Assembly: GCF_001194135.2 (NCBI RefSeq)
Contig: NC_068988.1
Coordinates: 3,005,425 to 3,069,424 of the forward strand
Direction: 5' to 3'
Length of the DNA stretch: 64,000 bases
DNA from: Octopus bimaculoides
Lineage: Eukaryota
The notes below the pieces were generated by a model, which made no database searches, was not told where the DNA came from, and worked only from the letters and a program-made list of their open reading frames with translations. The position numbers and the translations under genes were made by a program. This document shows, in pieces, positions 63,249 to 64,000 of the stretch (position 1 is the stretch's first letter; each line of letters begins with the position of its first letter).

Positions 63249-64000
63249 TGTTGAGTGAAAAAATTTTGCCGCCATATTTTGTTAGCTTATTTGCTTTACT
63301 TGTCATGTTACAACAAAAGCAACCTAGCATTCATTCGAAGTGGAGGCCATCATCATGTTGCACTGTCTGAAGTCACCTTTCTCTCAGTTGTTGTCCTTCA
63401 AAGAACTCCTTCACTGAAGCTTCTCCTACCTCCCCTTTGATTGATAAAACCTCCCAAACTCATTAATTGATCCATGGCTTGGAACAAGTAATAACGAGAA
63501 GGAGGTATTTTTCAGCAATCCTAACATGCATAAGCAATACCATTGATTGCACGACTTAGCTGGAACTTTGACCCTTTAATGATGAAAAGTAAAGTTGACC
63601 TTGGCAGCATTTGAACTCAGATCGTAAAGAGCTGGAACAAATATTGCAAGATGTTTTTTTTCTTTTTCTGAGCTTGTTGTTAAATAGTGATTTTCATAAG
63701 TCTAGAAAAAGCAAGCAAAAAATATATAAGGTAAAAAAAAAAAAGATACCGTAAGATATTGCTTCAATATATTTTAGGAAATACTAGAACATAAGTTTTC
63801 ATGTAAATCATTGCAGACAGGAATGTTAGCAGCTGGTCACAGCCAGCATACTGTTGACAAGATGGCAGCCACCCAAGGTGAAGAAATGTCAAGAGTAGCT
63901 GAAGTTGAAGAACTGACAGTCTTTGAGAAACAAGGAAACATAGACAACTAAAAATATGTTGAAGAAAACAGTCAAAACTACAAGAAAAGAAAGAAGAAAA

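Overview
Eukaryotic, very AT-rich, microsatellite-dense genomic DNA with many N-gaps abutting (TA)n runs. The SINE, MITE and LINE families match those I recall from octopus (Octopus spp.) genomes; this is recall, not a search. I could not identify any host protein-coding gene, rRNA, true tRNA or CRISPR array, so the window looks like intron or intergenic sequence. Most ORF-track entries are microsatellite translations. Supported content: (i) R4/Dong-clade non-LTR retrotransposon fragments, including a head-to-tail array spaced by (TAA)n at 5.3-8.1 kb; (ii) a HERO-like 3' end; (iii) RTE-clade LINE fragments and short RTE tails; (iv) a Penelope-like RT fragment; (v) decayed hAT, Tc1/mariner and CR1-group fragments; (vi) Tc1/mariner- and piggyBac-type MITEs; (vii) four tRNA-like SINE families; (viii) several long fold-back hairpins. 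The most notable signal is two minimal type-I hammerhead ribozyme folds about 760 bp apart on opposite strands: 43187-43231 (+, near intact) and 43989-44023 (-, fossil, joined to Penelope RT).
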